A stretch of 57,759 bases of DNA from an uncultured archaeon (GTDB lineage: Archaea > Asgardarchaeota > Heimdallarchaeia > Heimdallarchaeales > Kariarchaeaceae), in assembly GCA_964645535.1 (NCBI GenBank), contig CAZYCQ010000002.1:63851-121609 (forward strand), given 5' to 3'. This document shows positions 48,606 through 57,759 of this stretch, in pieces. How positions within the stretch are numbered: position 1 is the first letter of the stretch; the number at the start of each line of letters is the position of its first letter. Made by a program: the position numbers and the translations under genes. A model generated the notes under the pieces. The model had not been told where the DNA came from. It worked only from the letters and a program-made list of their open reading frames with translations, and searched no databases.

Positions 48606-49961
48606 TCAGGAAAAGGGTTGGAGTGGATCAAGCTCAGGCAATTCATCCAATGGAGGGAGGGGATCAAGAGGAGGTAGCAGGCTGGGTTCTTCCTCTTTTT
48701 CAAGAGTGGATTCCGGGGAGGAAACAGAAACAATGGGCTTACTTTTCTGCATGCTTGATTCATAGGGACGCATTGCCTCATCTTTCTTGGCCTGCTCTTG
48801 ACGACCATAGGCTTCACGGACAGCCTCAAGTGTCTTTTCAAGATGCGCAAGATTTTTCGGGTTCTTCATCAGTTTCAATTTCAGTTCTTCAATATCGGTT
48901 TCCACTGCCACTTTCTGTAATTTTGCCATGAAGTCTTCAAGGATGTGCTTGACAGACATGTAAAGTCCAATCTTTTCCATGGCAATTTTTTGGTCAATTT
49001 TCTCTATCAAAAGTTCATTCTGAATGAAATTGTCCAGTTCCTCTAAAAGTTGAAATTCAGTAGGCAGAGAAAGGCTTAGGTCAGCACTGATTTCTTTAAC
49101 TCGATTGATATAGGCTTGAAGATTACGATGGAAATGAATTAAAATGCGTTTGAGTTTAGACAGATCTCGGGAATTCAGATCAAATTCATTGCCTTCATTA
49201 TCAAGGAGATCCAAATCCATTAGAGCTTCTTGAAGACCATCCAATTGGTTATGGATTAGGTCAAGCTCGCCAGGAAGCTGAATTGCATCTGAAGAAACAT
49301 GTGCCAAAGAATCAAGGGACTGTGCAATATTCTCAAAGCGGGAGAGAAGTTCGACATCAGTTTCTGTCAGGAAGCTTGGTTTAATCAGCTCACGAAGAGC
49401 CATGATATGGAGTTGCCGGAACCGGAATTCCAAAAGGGCAAGGTCATCTACATCTACAATCTGTCCCCTTGCTTTGGCCTCTAGGAATTCAGCATACCTT
49501 CTTTCAATTTCATTCAGGTCAGCTTGATCAATCTTGTCATCCTTCAGTTTACGTTCCACAAACGATTTCAGAAGGATTGATTTGTAGTTTTGACCCAATT
49601 GTACCTTTGGATCAACAACCTTTTCTTGAATGTCCCATTCTGCCCTTACTTCTTGACGTTGTTGGGCAGGGGGTTGACCCCATGATTGAGGAGGTCTCCG
49701 TGGAGAGTGGATCGGCTGTTGTCGTACAGGTGGTCGAGACGGAGCAACTTGACGTTGCACAGGGCGACGAGGGGGTTGAGACCATGCCTGTGCCGGAGGG
49801 CGTTGCTGAGGAGGAGGGCGATAGACCGGTTGCTTTGGAGGGCGTTGTGCCACAGGAGCTGCAGCGACTTTGGCACCGCAATAAGGACAGAACCGGGCAT
49901 TCGGTCTGAGAGCACGGTGACATCTTGGACAGATCATTCTAAGATCATGTAAATTCGGCAC
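48606..49961 (-). CDS. Zinc-ribbon, Pro/Gln-rich, coiled-coil protein
   Basis: CPRC..FCPYCG ribbon, about 70 aa PQ/R-rich segment, long helical region, LPPLD-repeat tail. Confidence 0.8.
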   Translation of the reverse strand: MPNLHDLRMICPRCHRALRPNARFCPYCGAKVAAAPVAQRPPKQPVYRPPPQQRPPAQAWSQPPRRPVQRQVAPSRPPVRQQPIHSPRRPPQSWGQPPAQQRQEVRAEWDIQEKVVDPKVQLGQNYKSILLKSFVERKLKDDKIDQADLNEIERRYAEFLEAKARGQIVDVDDLALLEFRFRQLHIMALRELIKPSFLTETDVELLSRFENIAQSLDSLAHVSSDAIQLPGELDLIHNQLDGLQEALMDLDLLDNEGNEFDLNSRDLSKLKRILIHFHRNLQAYINRVKEISADLSLSLPTEFQLLEELDNFIQNELLIEKIDQKIAMEKIGLYMSVKHILEDFMAKLQKVAVETDIEELKLKLMKNPKNLAHLEKTLEAVREAYGRQEQAKKDEAMRPYESSMQKSKPIVSVSSPESTLEKEEEPSLLPPLDPLPPLDELPELDPLQPFS

Positions 49962-50112
49962 ATTATTAAGGTAATGCCTTCAAATACCGTTTTTGCACAC
50001 AAATTCCATGGCATTTTTGACAAACGACCAATTCCATGAACGAATTGCTAAATTCATGTCTTGTCTTATCCTCATCTTTATATTTAACGTCTCATTATAG
50101 GTATTGAGACAT

Positions 50113-50826
50113 ATGGGGTTCCAAATCACAAGCATCGCAGATTTCCTGAAAAACGCAACCAAGTCAACCGTCAATGCAATCAAGGATCCAAAAGGAGCAA
50201 TTGAGGGAAGAAGGAATTGGCTGTCCAGAAGTTCCATCTGGCCACTTACCTTCGGCATCATGTGCTGTGCACTTGAAATGATGGCATCAGGTGTTGGAAG
50301 ATTCGATGGAGAAAGGTTCGGTGTTATCTACCGTCCATCTCCCAGACAAAGTGACGCAATCGTTGTGAACGGACCAGTATCCCACAAGATGGCTCCAAGA
50401 CTGAGATTGCTCTGGGATCAAATCCCTGAACCCAAATGGGCAATTGCAATGGGTGAATGTGCCACTTCAGGAGGTCCATTTTGGGAAGCATACAGCATTA
50501 TCGGAGGGGCAGATGAGATCATCCCCATTGATGTATACCTACCAGGATGTCCAGTACGACCTGAAGCATTGTTCTTCGGCATTGGGGTACTCCAGCAGAA
50601 AATTGCTGCCGGGTCAAAATGGAAGAGGCCCAAGGTTCCAGAATATCTCGATGAAGATGCCATCAATACCGTCAAAGGTATAGAAAACAAGGCAGGATGG
50701 GCAAACATGCCTATAGAGGATGTTGAATCTATTCCAGCTCAGGGGCCCCTCGCACCCAAAAGAAAGATCGACATGGATGCCACCCGCAATCCCTATCCCC
50801 ACAAAAGCGAATTGGAACAGGAATGA
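50113..50826 (+). CDS. nuoB: NADH-quinone oxidoreductase subunit B
   Basis: CCALEM, SPRQSD, PEPKWAIAMGECA, IPIDVYLPGCPVRPE; ATG at 50113. Confidence 0.93.
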   Translation: MGFQITSIADFLKNATKSTVNAIKDPKGAIEGRRNWLSRSSIWPLTFGIMCCALEMMASGVGRFDGERFGVIYRPSPRQSDAIVVNGPVSHKMAPRLRLLWDQIPEPKWAIAMGECATSGGPFWEAYSIIGGADEIIPIDVYLPGCPVRPEALFFGIGVLQQKIAAGSKWKRPKVPEYLDEDAINTVKGIENKAGWANMPIEDVESIPAQGPLAPKRKIDMDATRNPYPHKSELEQE

Positions 50827-50828
50827 AA

Positions 50829-51452
50829 TCACAACCTGTGCTCCTCATCTAGATGCTTCAGATCATTGAGTGCAACAATTACCCGTTGATTATCGATTTC
50901 TTGCAGGATTGTCAAGGAACAGTTTCTGAGACTGAAATAAATACCTCCTTTCTGGTCATCATGCAATCTCAACCAATTTTGGATGATAGCCACGATTGTC
51001 TGGTGATGAGACACAATAACGAATCTTTTGGCGGGATGCCGTTCAAGCCAAGCAATGAATTTGCGGATACGCACGTCAAGTTCACGCCATGTTTCTGCAC
51101 CTTCATAGGGACGCCAATCCAGCACTTCCGGATGCATAGGTGCCTTCAATTTGGCGGCTTCTGACCGGGGCATGCCTTCAACAACACCCTGACCGATTTC
51201 CCTCAAATCCTCACGAACCATGATTTCCACACCAAGTCGTTCGGCAATTGGTTCCGCCGTCTGCAAAGCACGCCGAAGGTCACTGCTGAGAAGGATGACC
51301 TCACCGGTCACCAAATGTGATAGCCGGTCAGCAACAAGGGCAGCCTGTTTCTTGCCATGATCTGTCAATCCCACATCTGACCAACCGCCGACAAAGGATT
51401 CCGTCTGATGGAAACCAAGGCCATGCCTAATCAAAAACAGGGTCTTAGTCAC
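50829..51452 (-). CDS. Histidine phosphatase (phosphoglycerate mutase family)
   Basis: LIRHG, SSDLRRALQTA, LRE, VSH, NCS; GTG at 51452 preferred. Confidence 0.9.
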   Translation of the reverse strand: MTKTLFLIRHGLGFHQTESFVGGWSDVGLTDHGKKQAALVADRLSHLVTGEVILLSSDLRRALQTAEPIAERLGVEIMVREDLREIGQGVVEGMPRSEAAKLKAPMHPEVLDWRPYEGAETWRELDVRIRKFIAWLERHPAKRFVIVSHHQTIVAIIQNWLRLHDDQKGGIYFSLRNCSLTILQEIDNQRVIVALNDLKHLDEEHRL

Positions 51453-51554
51453 GAGACAATGGAAGGTTTCATCGGATATAAACACACGGAAAATACCGAT
51501 TGGATGTTTGGGAGAAAAAGGCAGATATTTAATCCTCAATACACTCCCGCAATC

Positions 51555-52505
51555 ATGGATGTTGCAATCATCGGTGCAGGAACTATTGGACGACGCCTCT
51601 CAAGAAGTTTCAGGGCTTGTGAACAGACCGAGGTCACCCATGTTGTCGATATCGACGAACACAAAGCAAGGGAACTTGCAGATGAATTGGGGGCGAAGTA
51701 CAGCACAGATTACACAAAGATTATGGACAATGTAGATATTGTCTATGTAGGGGTTCCACCAGCATATCATGCGCAGATCACGATAGATGCACTAAAAAGC
51801 GGCAGGCATGTCATCTGTGAGAAACCCATTGCGGCAACGACTGAGGATGGACTCAGAATGGTGAAGGCTGCGGAAAGCTCCAAGTCCGTTACTGCAATCA
51901 ATCTACCCTTCAGGTTCTCCCCTGCCCTCGAGTACATGAAAGAGACACTCGATACCGGAACCTTAGGACAACTCAAGTACGGGGAACTCCGGTTTCGTTT
52001 CCCCAAATGGCCACGGAAATGGCAGAATGTGGAATGGCTCAAATATCGGGAGCAGGGAGGTCCCCTGAGGGAAGTCGGGACCCATTATTTCTTTGCCCTT
52101 TTCGAATTGTTCAGCAATGTCAAACGGGTCATGGCATTCACCGATTTTGGAAAGGACAATGCCTGTGAGACTCAAAGTCTAGGGATAATCGAAACAGATC
52201 AGGGATTGGTCACACTGAATCTCATCACAGGCGGGATGGAAGACGAGGAAAACACCCTGTATCTCTATTTTGATCAAGGTGTCCTCAAGTTTGCCAAATG
52301 GTACCATTTGTCATTGCAACCGAAAAATGAGACGCTTGTCGAGGATAGGGTAAATGCAGAGCTTGAAATGGTCAAGACCTTTGTCAAGGCCGTGAAAGGA
52401 GACCGGAAAGCAGAAGAAAAGCTCGTCTCCTTCAGGGATGCCCTTGATGCGCAGAAGGTACTTGATGCCGTATATAGGTCAAATGGACAATGGATTGACC
52501 TGTAG
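51555..52505 (+). CDS. Gfo/Idh/MocA family oxidoreductase
   Basis: VAIIGAGTIG, HVICEKP, GGPLREVGTH; ATG at 51555 preferred. Confidence 0.9.
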   Translation: MDVAIIGAGTIGRRLSRSFRACEQTEVTHVVDIDEHKARELADELGAKYSTDYTKIMDNVDIVYVGVPPAYHAQITIDALKSGRHVICEKPIAATTEDGLRMVKAAESSKSVTAINLPFRFSPALEYMKETLDTGTLGQLKYGELRFRFPKWPRKWQNVEWLKYREQGGPLREVGTHYFFALFELFSNVKRVMAFTDFGKDNACETQSLGIIETDQGLVTLNLITGGMEDEENTLYLYFDQGVLKFAKWYHLSLQPKNETLVEDRVNAELEMVKTFVKAVKGDRKAEEKLVSFRDALDAQKVLDAVYRSNGQWIDL

Positions 52506-52557
52506 AAATACCCCAATTGGAAAACCTTTTGGATTAACCATCCTTGGAAGAGGCAGT

Positions 52558-54552
52558 ATGGAACAGAAACTCATCCAACCTGAGGACTATCTGCAATTGG
52601 CCAAGGTTGCCGAAATTGAAAGTGCAAATGGTATGATTGCATGGACACAGATCAAGCCGGCTCCTGCCGAAAAATCATACACTTCACACATCAGAATGCT
52701 CAAGAACGGCAAAATCAGACAATTCACATCCGGAACCAAAAAAGATCATACCCCGAAGTTCTCACCTGATGGAAAGAAATTGCTCTTTCTCAGCAATAGA
52801 GGAGGAAAGACCCAAGCGTTTGTGATAGATCTTGAATTCGGAGGAGAGGCACTCCAAATCACGAATCATCCAAATGGCATAACCTCTGCGGAATGGGCAC
52901 CTGACAGTGCAAGAATTGCCTTCACAGCACGTATTAACAAGAAGGAAGAAAGGAAGGAATATGAAACCAAAGAACCTCCAAAAACAGAGTTTGACATCGA
53001 ACTGAAAAAACTGGAGGAGAAAAAGGAGAAAGAGGAACTCATGGATCCCTATGTCACCGATGAACTGGTTTATCGTGAGGGAACCTCATACCATGACAAA
53101 AGAAAGCAACATATCTATGTCCAAAACCTAGATCAGAAGAAAGCATTCAGGATTACCAAAAGATGGACGGACCATACATCCATCAAGTGGATGGACAACA
53201 ATACAATCATTGCATTCGCTAAAATCAAGGAACCCACGGATCTTTCCAAGGAAGTGACCCTCCTCAGGTTCGACCTGAACGGATTGGATTTGACTGATGA
53301 GAAAGACCTCTATGTAGCACTTCAAGACGGAAAGGAAATAGCCACAATTTTCGGATATTTTGGATTCCCCATCGAAGTTTCCCCTGACGGAAAACATGCA
53401 CTGACCTACAGGATCAAACGGCCAGATCTTGCGGGAAATGTCTCCGTCCTCATCAGGGTAGACCTTCAGACAGGAGGACATGAGGATCTCACCGTAGCCC
53501 TTGACAGAAATGTGTCCAACCCCAAATGGATCAACCAAGACGAGATTGCCTTCAATGTTGAACACCATGGAACCATCGATCTCAGAAAGATGAACATTCA
53601 GACCAAGGAAATCACGGAAATCTTCCAAGGAGAGGAAGCCATCCTCTCATGGACATCCCTTGGAGAAACATTCTATTTTACAGCAACCAGCGTCGAGCAT
53701 CCTTGGGCTGTCTGGAAATTCAATGGCAATCTTGAACTTGTTGAGGATCCCAATCAAGAATACCTTGATCAGCACATTGTCGTCCAGCCAGAAGAGATCT
53801 GGTTTGACTCACCATATGGAGGAAAATTCCAAGGATGGTACTTTCCCCCTGCCCACCCGACTGAAGAAAAACCACCATTAGCTCTCCACATCCATGGAGG
53901 CCCCCATGCAATGTGGACACCAGCCTTAACAATGTGGCATGAATTCCAATGCTTTGCTGCTAAAGGATATGCTGTACTTGCAACCAATCCACATGGAAGC
54001 ACAGGATATGGAGAAAAATTCACAACCGCCATTGTCGGAGAATGGGGAGAAAAAGACTTCCATGACATTCAAAATGCCCTTGAAACCATTAAGGACAGAT
54101 ATGACCAAAACAGGATGTATGTGCTCGGAGGATCATATGCTGGCTTCCAAACAGTGAATGTCATCAGCAGGGACAAAAGATTCAAAGCTGCTGTGGCACA
54201 AAGAGGGGTCTATGACAATATCAGCTTTACCCTCACTACCGACATCCCATTATGGTTCTTGGATGAACTTCAAGGTGACCCATGGGAAACCCACGAAAAA
54301 TTCTGGAAACTCTCGCCACTGAGCAGAGCAAAGGAAATCCAGACCCCGCTACTGATCATTGCCGCAACAAATGATTTCAGGGTACCAATCTCGCAATCTG
54401 AAGAACTGTTCGCAGCACTCAGACTCCAAAACAAAGAAGCTGTCCTTGTAAGATACCCTAGAGATGGACATGAGCTATCCCGGTCTGGAGAACCAAACCA
54501 CGTCGTAGATAGACTCAAAAGAATGATCCAATGGTTCCAAGAACACAAATAA
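52558..54552 (+). CDS. S9 family peptidase (acylaminoacyl/dipeptidyl peptidase)
   Basis: Propeller repeats FSPDG/WAPDS, HGGP, GGSYAG nucleophile, D-x-R-V, GH triad; ATG at 52558. Confidence 0.93.
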   Translation: MEQKLIQPEDYLQLAKVAEIESANGMIAWTQIKPAPAEKSYTSHIRMLKNGKIRQFTSGTKKDHTPKFSPDGKKLLFLSNRGGKTQAFVIDLEFGGEALQITNHPNGITSAEWAPDSARIAFTARINKKEERKEYETKEPPKTEFDIELKKLEEKKEKEELMDPYVTDELVYREGTSYHDKRKQHIYVQNLDQKKAFRITKRWTDHTSIKWMDNNTIIAFAKIKEPTDLSKEVTLLRFDLNGLDLTDEKDLYVALQDGKEIATIFGYFGFPIEVSPDGKHALTYRIKRPDLAGNVSVLIRVDLQTGGHEDLTVALDRNVSNPKWINQDEIAFNVEHHGTIDLRKMNIQTKEITEIFQGEEAILSWTSLGETFYFTATSVEHPWAVWKFNGNLELVEDPNQEYLDQHIVVQPEEIWFDSPYGGKFQGWYFPPAHPTEEKPPLALHIHGGPHAMWTPALTMWHEFQCFAAKGYAVLATNPHGSTGYGEKFTTAIVGEWGEKDFHDIQNALETIKDRYDQNRMYVLGGSYAGFQTVNVISRDKRFKAAVAQRGVYDNISFTLTTDIPLWFLDELQGDPWETHEKFWKLSPLSRAKEIQTPLLIIAATNDFRVPISQSEELFAALRLQNKEAVLVRYPRDGHELSRSGEPNHVVDRLKRMIQWFQEHK

Positions 54553-54652
54553 TCAATTACAAAAAATGGGCACTCAAAAAGATACCAATGGACATTTTTT
54601 TAAGAACTCAAAACATCAGAAAAAATAACGTCAGCACCCATGTGCTGTACAA

Positions 54653-54737
54653 GCAGGGGTCGCCCAGCCTGGTCAACGGCGTCGGGTTTAGGTCCCGATC
54701 CTTCAGAGGTTCGTGGGTTCAAATCCCACCCCCTGCA
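54653..54737 (+). tRNA. tRNA-Leu(TAG)
   Basis: Acceptor GCAGGGG/CCCCTGC plus A73, anticodon arm TCGGG-TTTAGGT-CCCGA, long variable arm, T arm GTGGG-TTCAAAT-CCCAC. Confidence 0.95.
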
Positions 54738-54743
54738 TTTTTT
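54738..54743 (+). terminator. Oligo-T archaeal terminator after tRNA-Leu
   Basis: T6 immediately after the discriminator base. Confidence 0.5.
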
Positions 54744-54796
54744 AAATCATTTGTTCTTTGCAAAAGGTTATGTGGTACTTTTACTTTTAGGGAATT

Positions 54797-55444
54797 GTGG
54801 TACTTGAGGCAGTTTTTCTTGACGTGGACGGAACCCTGACAAAGGGACCAAGCTGTTGGCAACTTGCTCACCGGCAGTTTGGCGTGGAGGAGCAGGCGAA
54901 CAGGTATTATGAATTGGCGATGCGGAAGGAGATCGACTATGATACTTGGGCACGTCTAGATGTTGAGTTATGGAGAGGGAGGTCGTTTGATGAGTTGTGT
55001 ACGGCTCTTCTTCCCCCGAGACTCATGCAGGGGGTCAAGGAAGGGATAGCTAGGTTCAAAGATCATGGAATCAAGGTCATCCTTGTGAGTGGAGGAATCA
55101 ATGTTTTTGTGGAAGCAGTCAAGGAAGAAGTAAAGGCAGATCTTGCCTTTTCGAACATCATTCATCATGAGGATGGAGTGATCACAGGAAAGGTGGATGT
55201 ACATGTGGGCACCACAAAGCAACCCATTGTAGAACAGGTTGCAAGAGAATTGGATATTGACCTAAACCGCGCAGGGTGCATAGGCGACCATTACAATGAT
55301 CTGGATATGTTCAAGTCGGTCGGTTATCCGGTTGCCTTCAACCCAAAGACAAAAGAGATCAGGCGGGTCGCCAAACGGACAGTCCAAGGAAATGATTTCA
55401 GGAAAGCTGTTGACGCCCTTTTCAGCTTGACAAACGGATTTTAA
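54797..55444 (+). CDS. HAD-IB family phosphatase (phosphoserine-phosphatase-like)
   Basis: DVDGTL, LVSGG, K, GDHYND. Confidence 0.88.
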   Translation: MVLEAVFLDVDGTLTKGPSCWQLAHRQFGVEEQANRYYELAMRKEIDYDTWARLDVELWRGRSFDELCTALLPPRLMQGVKEGIARFKDHGIKVILVSGGINVFVEAVKEEVKADLAFSNIIHHEDGVITGKVDVHVGTTKQPIVEQVARELDIDLNRAGCIGDHYNDLDMFKSVGYPVAFNPKTKEIRRVAKRTVQGNDFRKAVDALFSLTNGF

Positions 55445-55500
55445 CATTTTTTCACAGAAAGGAATTTATCATTGAGAATCCGTAATTAGTTAGAATAAAT

Positions 55501-56841
55501 TTGGTTGCAGAACTCCTCATCATCAACAACATTATACTTTCCATCGCATTGCTCATTGCGGTTCAGTTCTTCTCCTACTGGAAAGTGATCCGAGTAAAAG
55601 AACTGGGGCTAGTTGGGATGATTTTCTTTTCTGCCTATATTGCGATTTTGGCAAATAATGCCTCGGTTCTTACAGGTGACACATTATGGTTTCAACTGGC
55701 GGTTTTCAATTTCAATACAATTGGACTTGCCTTGATCTATTTCTACTTGAATCTGCACAAAAACAGATTTGAAAAGGCCATCAAAATAGTCTCATGGATT
55801 TGGTACATCCTGCTTACAATCCTTCTTCTTTTCTGGAAATCTTTTGAGCAACCAGATCGGGCGTTGGTGCTTTTCTTTTTTGAGATGAACCATACGCGGG
55901 GAGATGCCCATCCCCTAGGGGCAGGGTTGAAGGTGACTTTCAATGGAAGGGAGACGATCATCTACAGTACAAGCCATCAGATAATCGGTATTCTTTTTTG
56001 GTTGTTTTCAGTCACCCTCTCCCTTTATCAACTGTATCGGATGGAAGTTCCTGATCACCAACAACCACAAATCCAAGAACGTATCCTGAAATCCAGACGC
56101 AACTTCCTGATCGAAAGAGCTCTGCATTTCATCTGGATTATCAGCCTATTGCCAATCTTCCCTACAGATGCCACAACACAGAGCATACTTTCGGCATTCA
56201 ACATCCTCGTCCTGATCTCCTATTCGATTATTGCCTATACGGTGCTGACCTATCCTGAGGCATTGGTCATGAGCAAGGATCAATTTGCAGAAACCTTCAA
56301 AAAGATCACAGAGTCGTTTCAGATCTATTCCCGTTCTGTTTCAAGAAACACATACATCAGCAAATTGGTAAATATCATTGAAAATTACAACATCACGGAT
56401 TTGAAGGGCAGTGGCATTGTCATTCGCGATCTTGAGGAACCATATGGGTTCTACATCTCCAAATCCAGCCTGATCAGATACAATGTAAGCTTCAAGGATG
56501 CACTGAATACACTTTTGATTGCCAATTTCATAGCAGCATTCTCTTCCTTTTCGGACGAGATCTTTGACCAACGCGGCACCAATCCCCGAGTCCAACGCAC
56601 ACGCAATGGCGAATTCGAAGTTTATGTCCTGATCATTGATGACCTCATGTTTGCCTATCTGTTTCGAGGGATCAGCCTTCTGCTCAATACCAAGATGAAC
56701 AGACTGGCACAAAGGATAATGGAGGATAAAGAGATCAGAAGGTATCTCTATGCTGAAAACGCAAGACAGAACCCGGAAATATTGAAGAAGATTGAAAGGC
56801 TGGTACATGAGGAAATTTTAGTATCTGAAATGAAATTTTGA
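55501..56841 (+). CDS. Seven-transmembrane protein with a C-terminal longin/roadblock-like cytoplasmic domain
   Basis: Seven hydrophobic segments ending at YPEAL; C-terminal LIANFIAAFSSFSDEIF helix followed by three beta strands. Confidence 0.75.
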   Translation: MVAELLIINNIILSIALLIAVQFFSYWKVIRVKELGLVGMIFFSAYIAILANNASVLTGDTLWFQLAVFNFNTIGLALIYFYLNLHKNRFEKAIKIVSWIWYILLTILLLFWKSFEQPDRALVLFFFEMNHTRGDAHPLGAGLKVTFNGRETIIYSTSHQIIGILFWLFSVTLSLYQLYRMEVPDHQQPQIQERILKSRRNFLIERALHFIWIISLLPIFPTDATTQSILSAFNILVLISYSIIAYTVLTYPEALVMSKDQFAETFKKITESFQIYSRSVSRNTYISKLVNIIENYNITDLKGSGIVIRDLEEPYGFYISKSSLIRYNVSFKDALNTLLIANFIAAFSSFSDEIFDQRGTNPRVQRTRNGEFEVYVLIIDDLMFAYLFRGISLLLNTKMNRLAQRIMEDKEIRRYLYAENARQNPEILKKIERLVHEEILVSEMKF

Positions 56842-56843
56842 CG

Positions 56844-57416
56844 TCATTCAATTGGCACGGGACTGCCACCGCCACTTGAACGCACAATGTCCAAGATGGT
56901 CACTCGAATTTCTAACCAGCAATGAAGATCTTCATGAGCTGGGTCTTCCCTGAATTCGATATAGACAAAATTCCCTTCTGTGCGTGTTGAATCGGTGAAA
57001 AGGGAATATGGACGAAAACAATACCGGCTCGTTTCAATATTGGGGTTAGGGATGACCCTATCATCGGGATTGGGCCAAGGATCTGTTTCAAAGACATTGG
57101 TACAATATTCGTCATTAGAGTCGATATATGCAGAATATACACTAGCATACTGATGCGATCCAGGTATAAAATCCCCGATCCCTGTACCGGTGTAAGTTTC
57201 CGAATAAACCTTGTACTCATTAGTATCAATGAGCAACCAAAATTCGATCTTGAATTCACCCTCATTATTTGGATCATGAGTTTCTGCTGCATACATCTTA
57301 TATTCTATTAGAAATTGATACAAATCCTCTGCATTTGTTTGATAAGTGGAAAGCGGCATTAATACAGAGATCATCATCATTATGAAGAAGATTGTCTTTA
57401 ACTTTCGTTTTTGCAT
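56844..57416 (-). CDS. Secreted protein, possibly C2-like Ca-binding beta-sandwich
   Basis: Signal peptide MQKRKLKTIFFIMMMISVLMPLSTYQTNA; Asp-rich loops THDPNNEGE and FETDPWPNPDD. Confidence 0.7.
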   Translation of the reverse strand: MQKRKLKTIFFIMMMISVLMPLSTYQTNAEDLYQFLIEYKMYAAETHDPNNEGEFKIEFWLLIDTNEYKVYSETYTGTGIGDFIPGSHQYASVYSAYIDSNDEYCTNVFETDPWPNPDDRVIPNPNIETSRYCFRPYSLFTDSTRTEGNFVYIEFREDPAHEDLHCWLEIRVTILDIVRSSGGGSPVPIE

Positions 57417-57549
57417 AGATCCATCACCGAAATTCTGGGTGATGCATGTAGACGGGTATGGTTTTTAAATGCTTGTTTTTTTTTTGTAATTTTTCAAGAA
57501 TTATGAAAATTCCCTAAAATTTATAAAATAAATAAAATTTGATGGATCA

Positions 57550-57759
57550 ATGAGGTTTTTTTCTAAAATTCGTCCACTGTTGATTGCATATCGACGTACG
57601 AATTGGGAGGTAGTATCACTTATATTCCTCTTGAGTTTGGCTTCAGTACAGGTACACCAAGTCCAACAAGCCACACAAGACATCAATGCTCTGAAACGCT
57701 TAGCGAATGGATCGATTTTTGACCTATATGCTATTTATTATCCCGTTTCTTCCTATGAC
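57550..57759 (+). CDS. 5' end of a probable membrane protein, truncated by the window edge
   Basis: ATG at 57550 is open to the last base: MRFFSKIRPLLIAYRRTNWEVVSLIFLLSLASVQ... Confidence 0.5.
   Translation, partial: MRFFSKIRPLLIAYRRTNWEVVSLIFLLSLASVQVHQVQQATQDINALKRLANGSIFDLYAIYYPVSSYD

Noticed and set aside
54531-54839. 102-aa ORF spanning the tRNA-Leu locus
   Set aside because: Overlaps the tRNA; spurious
57501-57686. 61-aa Cys-rich minus-strand ORF as a possible RiPP precursor
   Set aside because: Antisense to a more plausible plus-strand ORF starting at 57550; no modifying enzymes visible

Overview
Chromosomal segment of an archaeon, most likely an Asgard archaeon (Heimdallarchaeia-like; inferred from gene content, not from a search). 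Archaeal core genes include Hel308 and MCM (each with an intein), GINS, pyrG, HerA, TldD/PmbA, UvrC, NuoB, PanE, tRNA-Ser(GCT) and tRNA-Leu(TAG). These are mixed with eukaryote-signature-type proteins: a two-domain gelsolin ending in a MinD-like membrane-targeting helix; a Rag/Arf-like GTPase with a Pro-rich linker, roadblock-like domain and WH2-like tail; a 7TM protein with a longin-like domain beside a secreted C2-like protein; an LRR-TM protein; and a Zn-ribbon/Pro-Gln-rich protein. I found no CRISPR array, rRNA, integrase or transposase. The strongest leads are (i) candidate membrane-anchored actin regulation (gelsolin with membrane helix, GTPase with WH2-like tail), (ii) a sharp A/C-rich to G/T-rich strand-composition switch at both tRNA genes even though the flanking genes are on the same strand, and (iii) a tRNA-Ser with a Leu-type A73 discriminator. 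All protein family calls come from motif recognition by eye, and all counts are hand counts.
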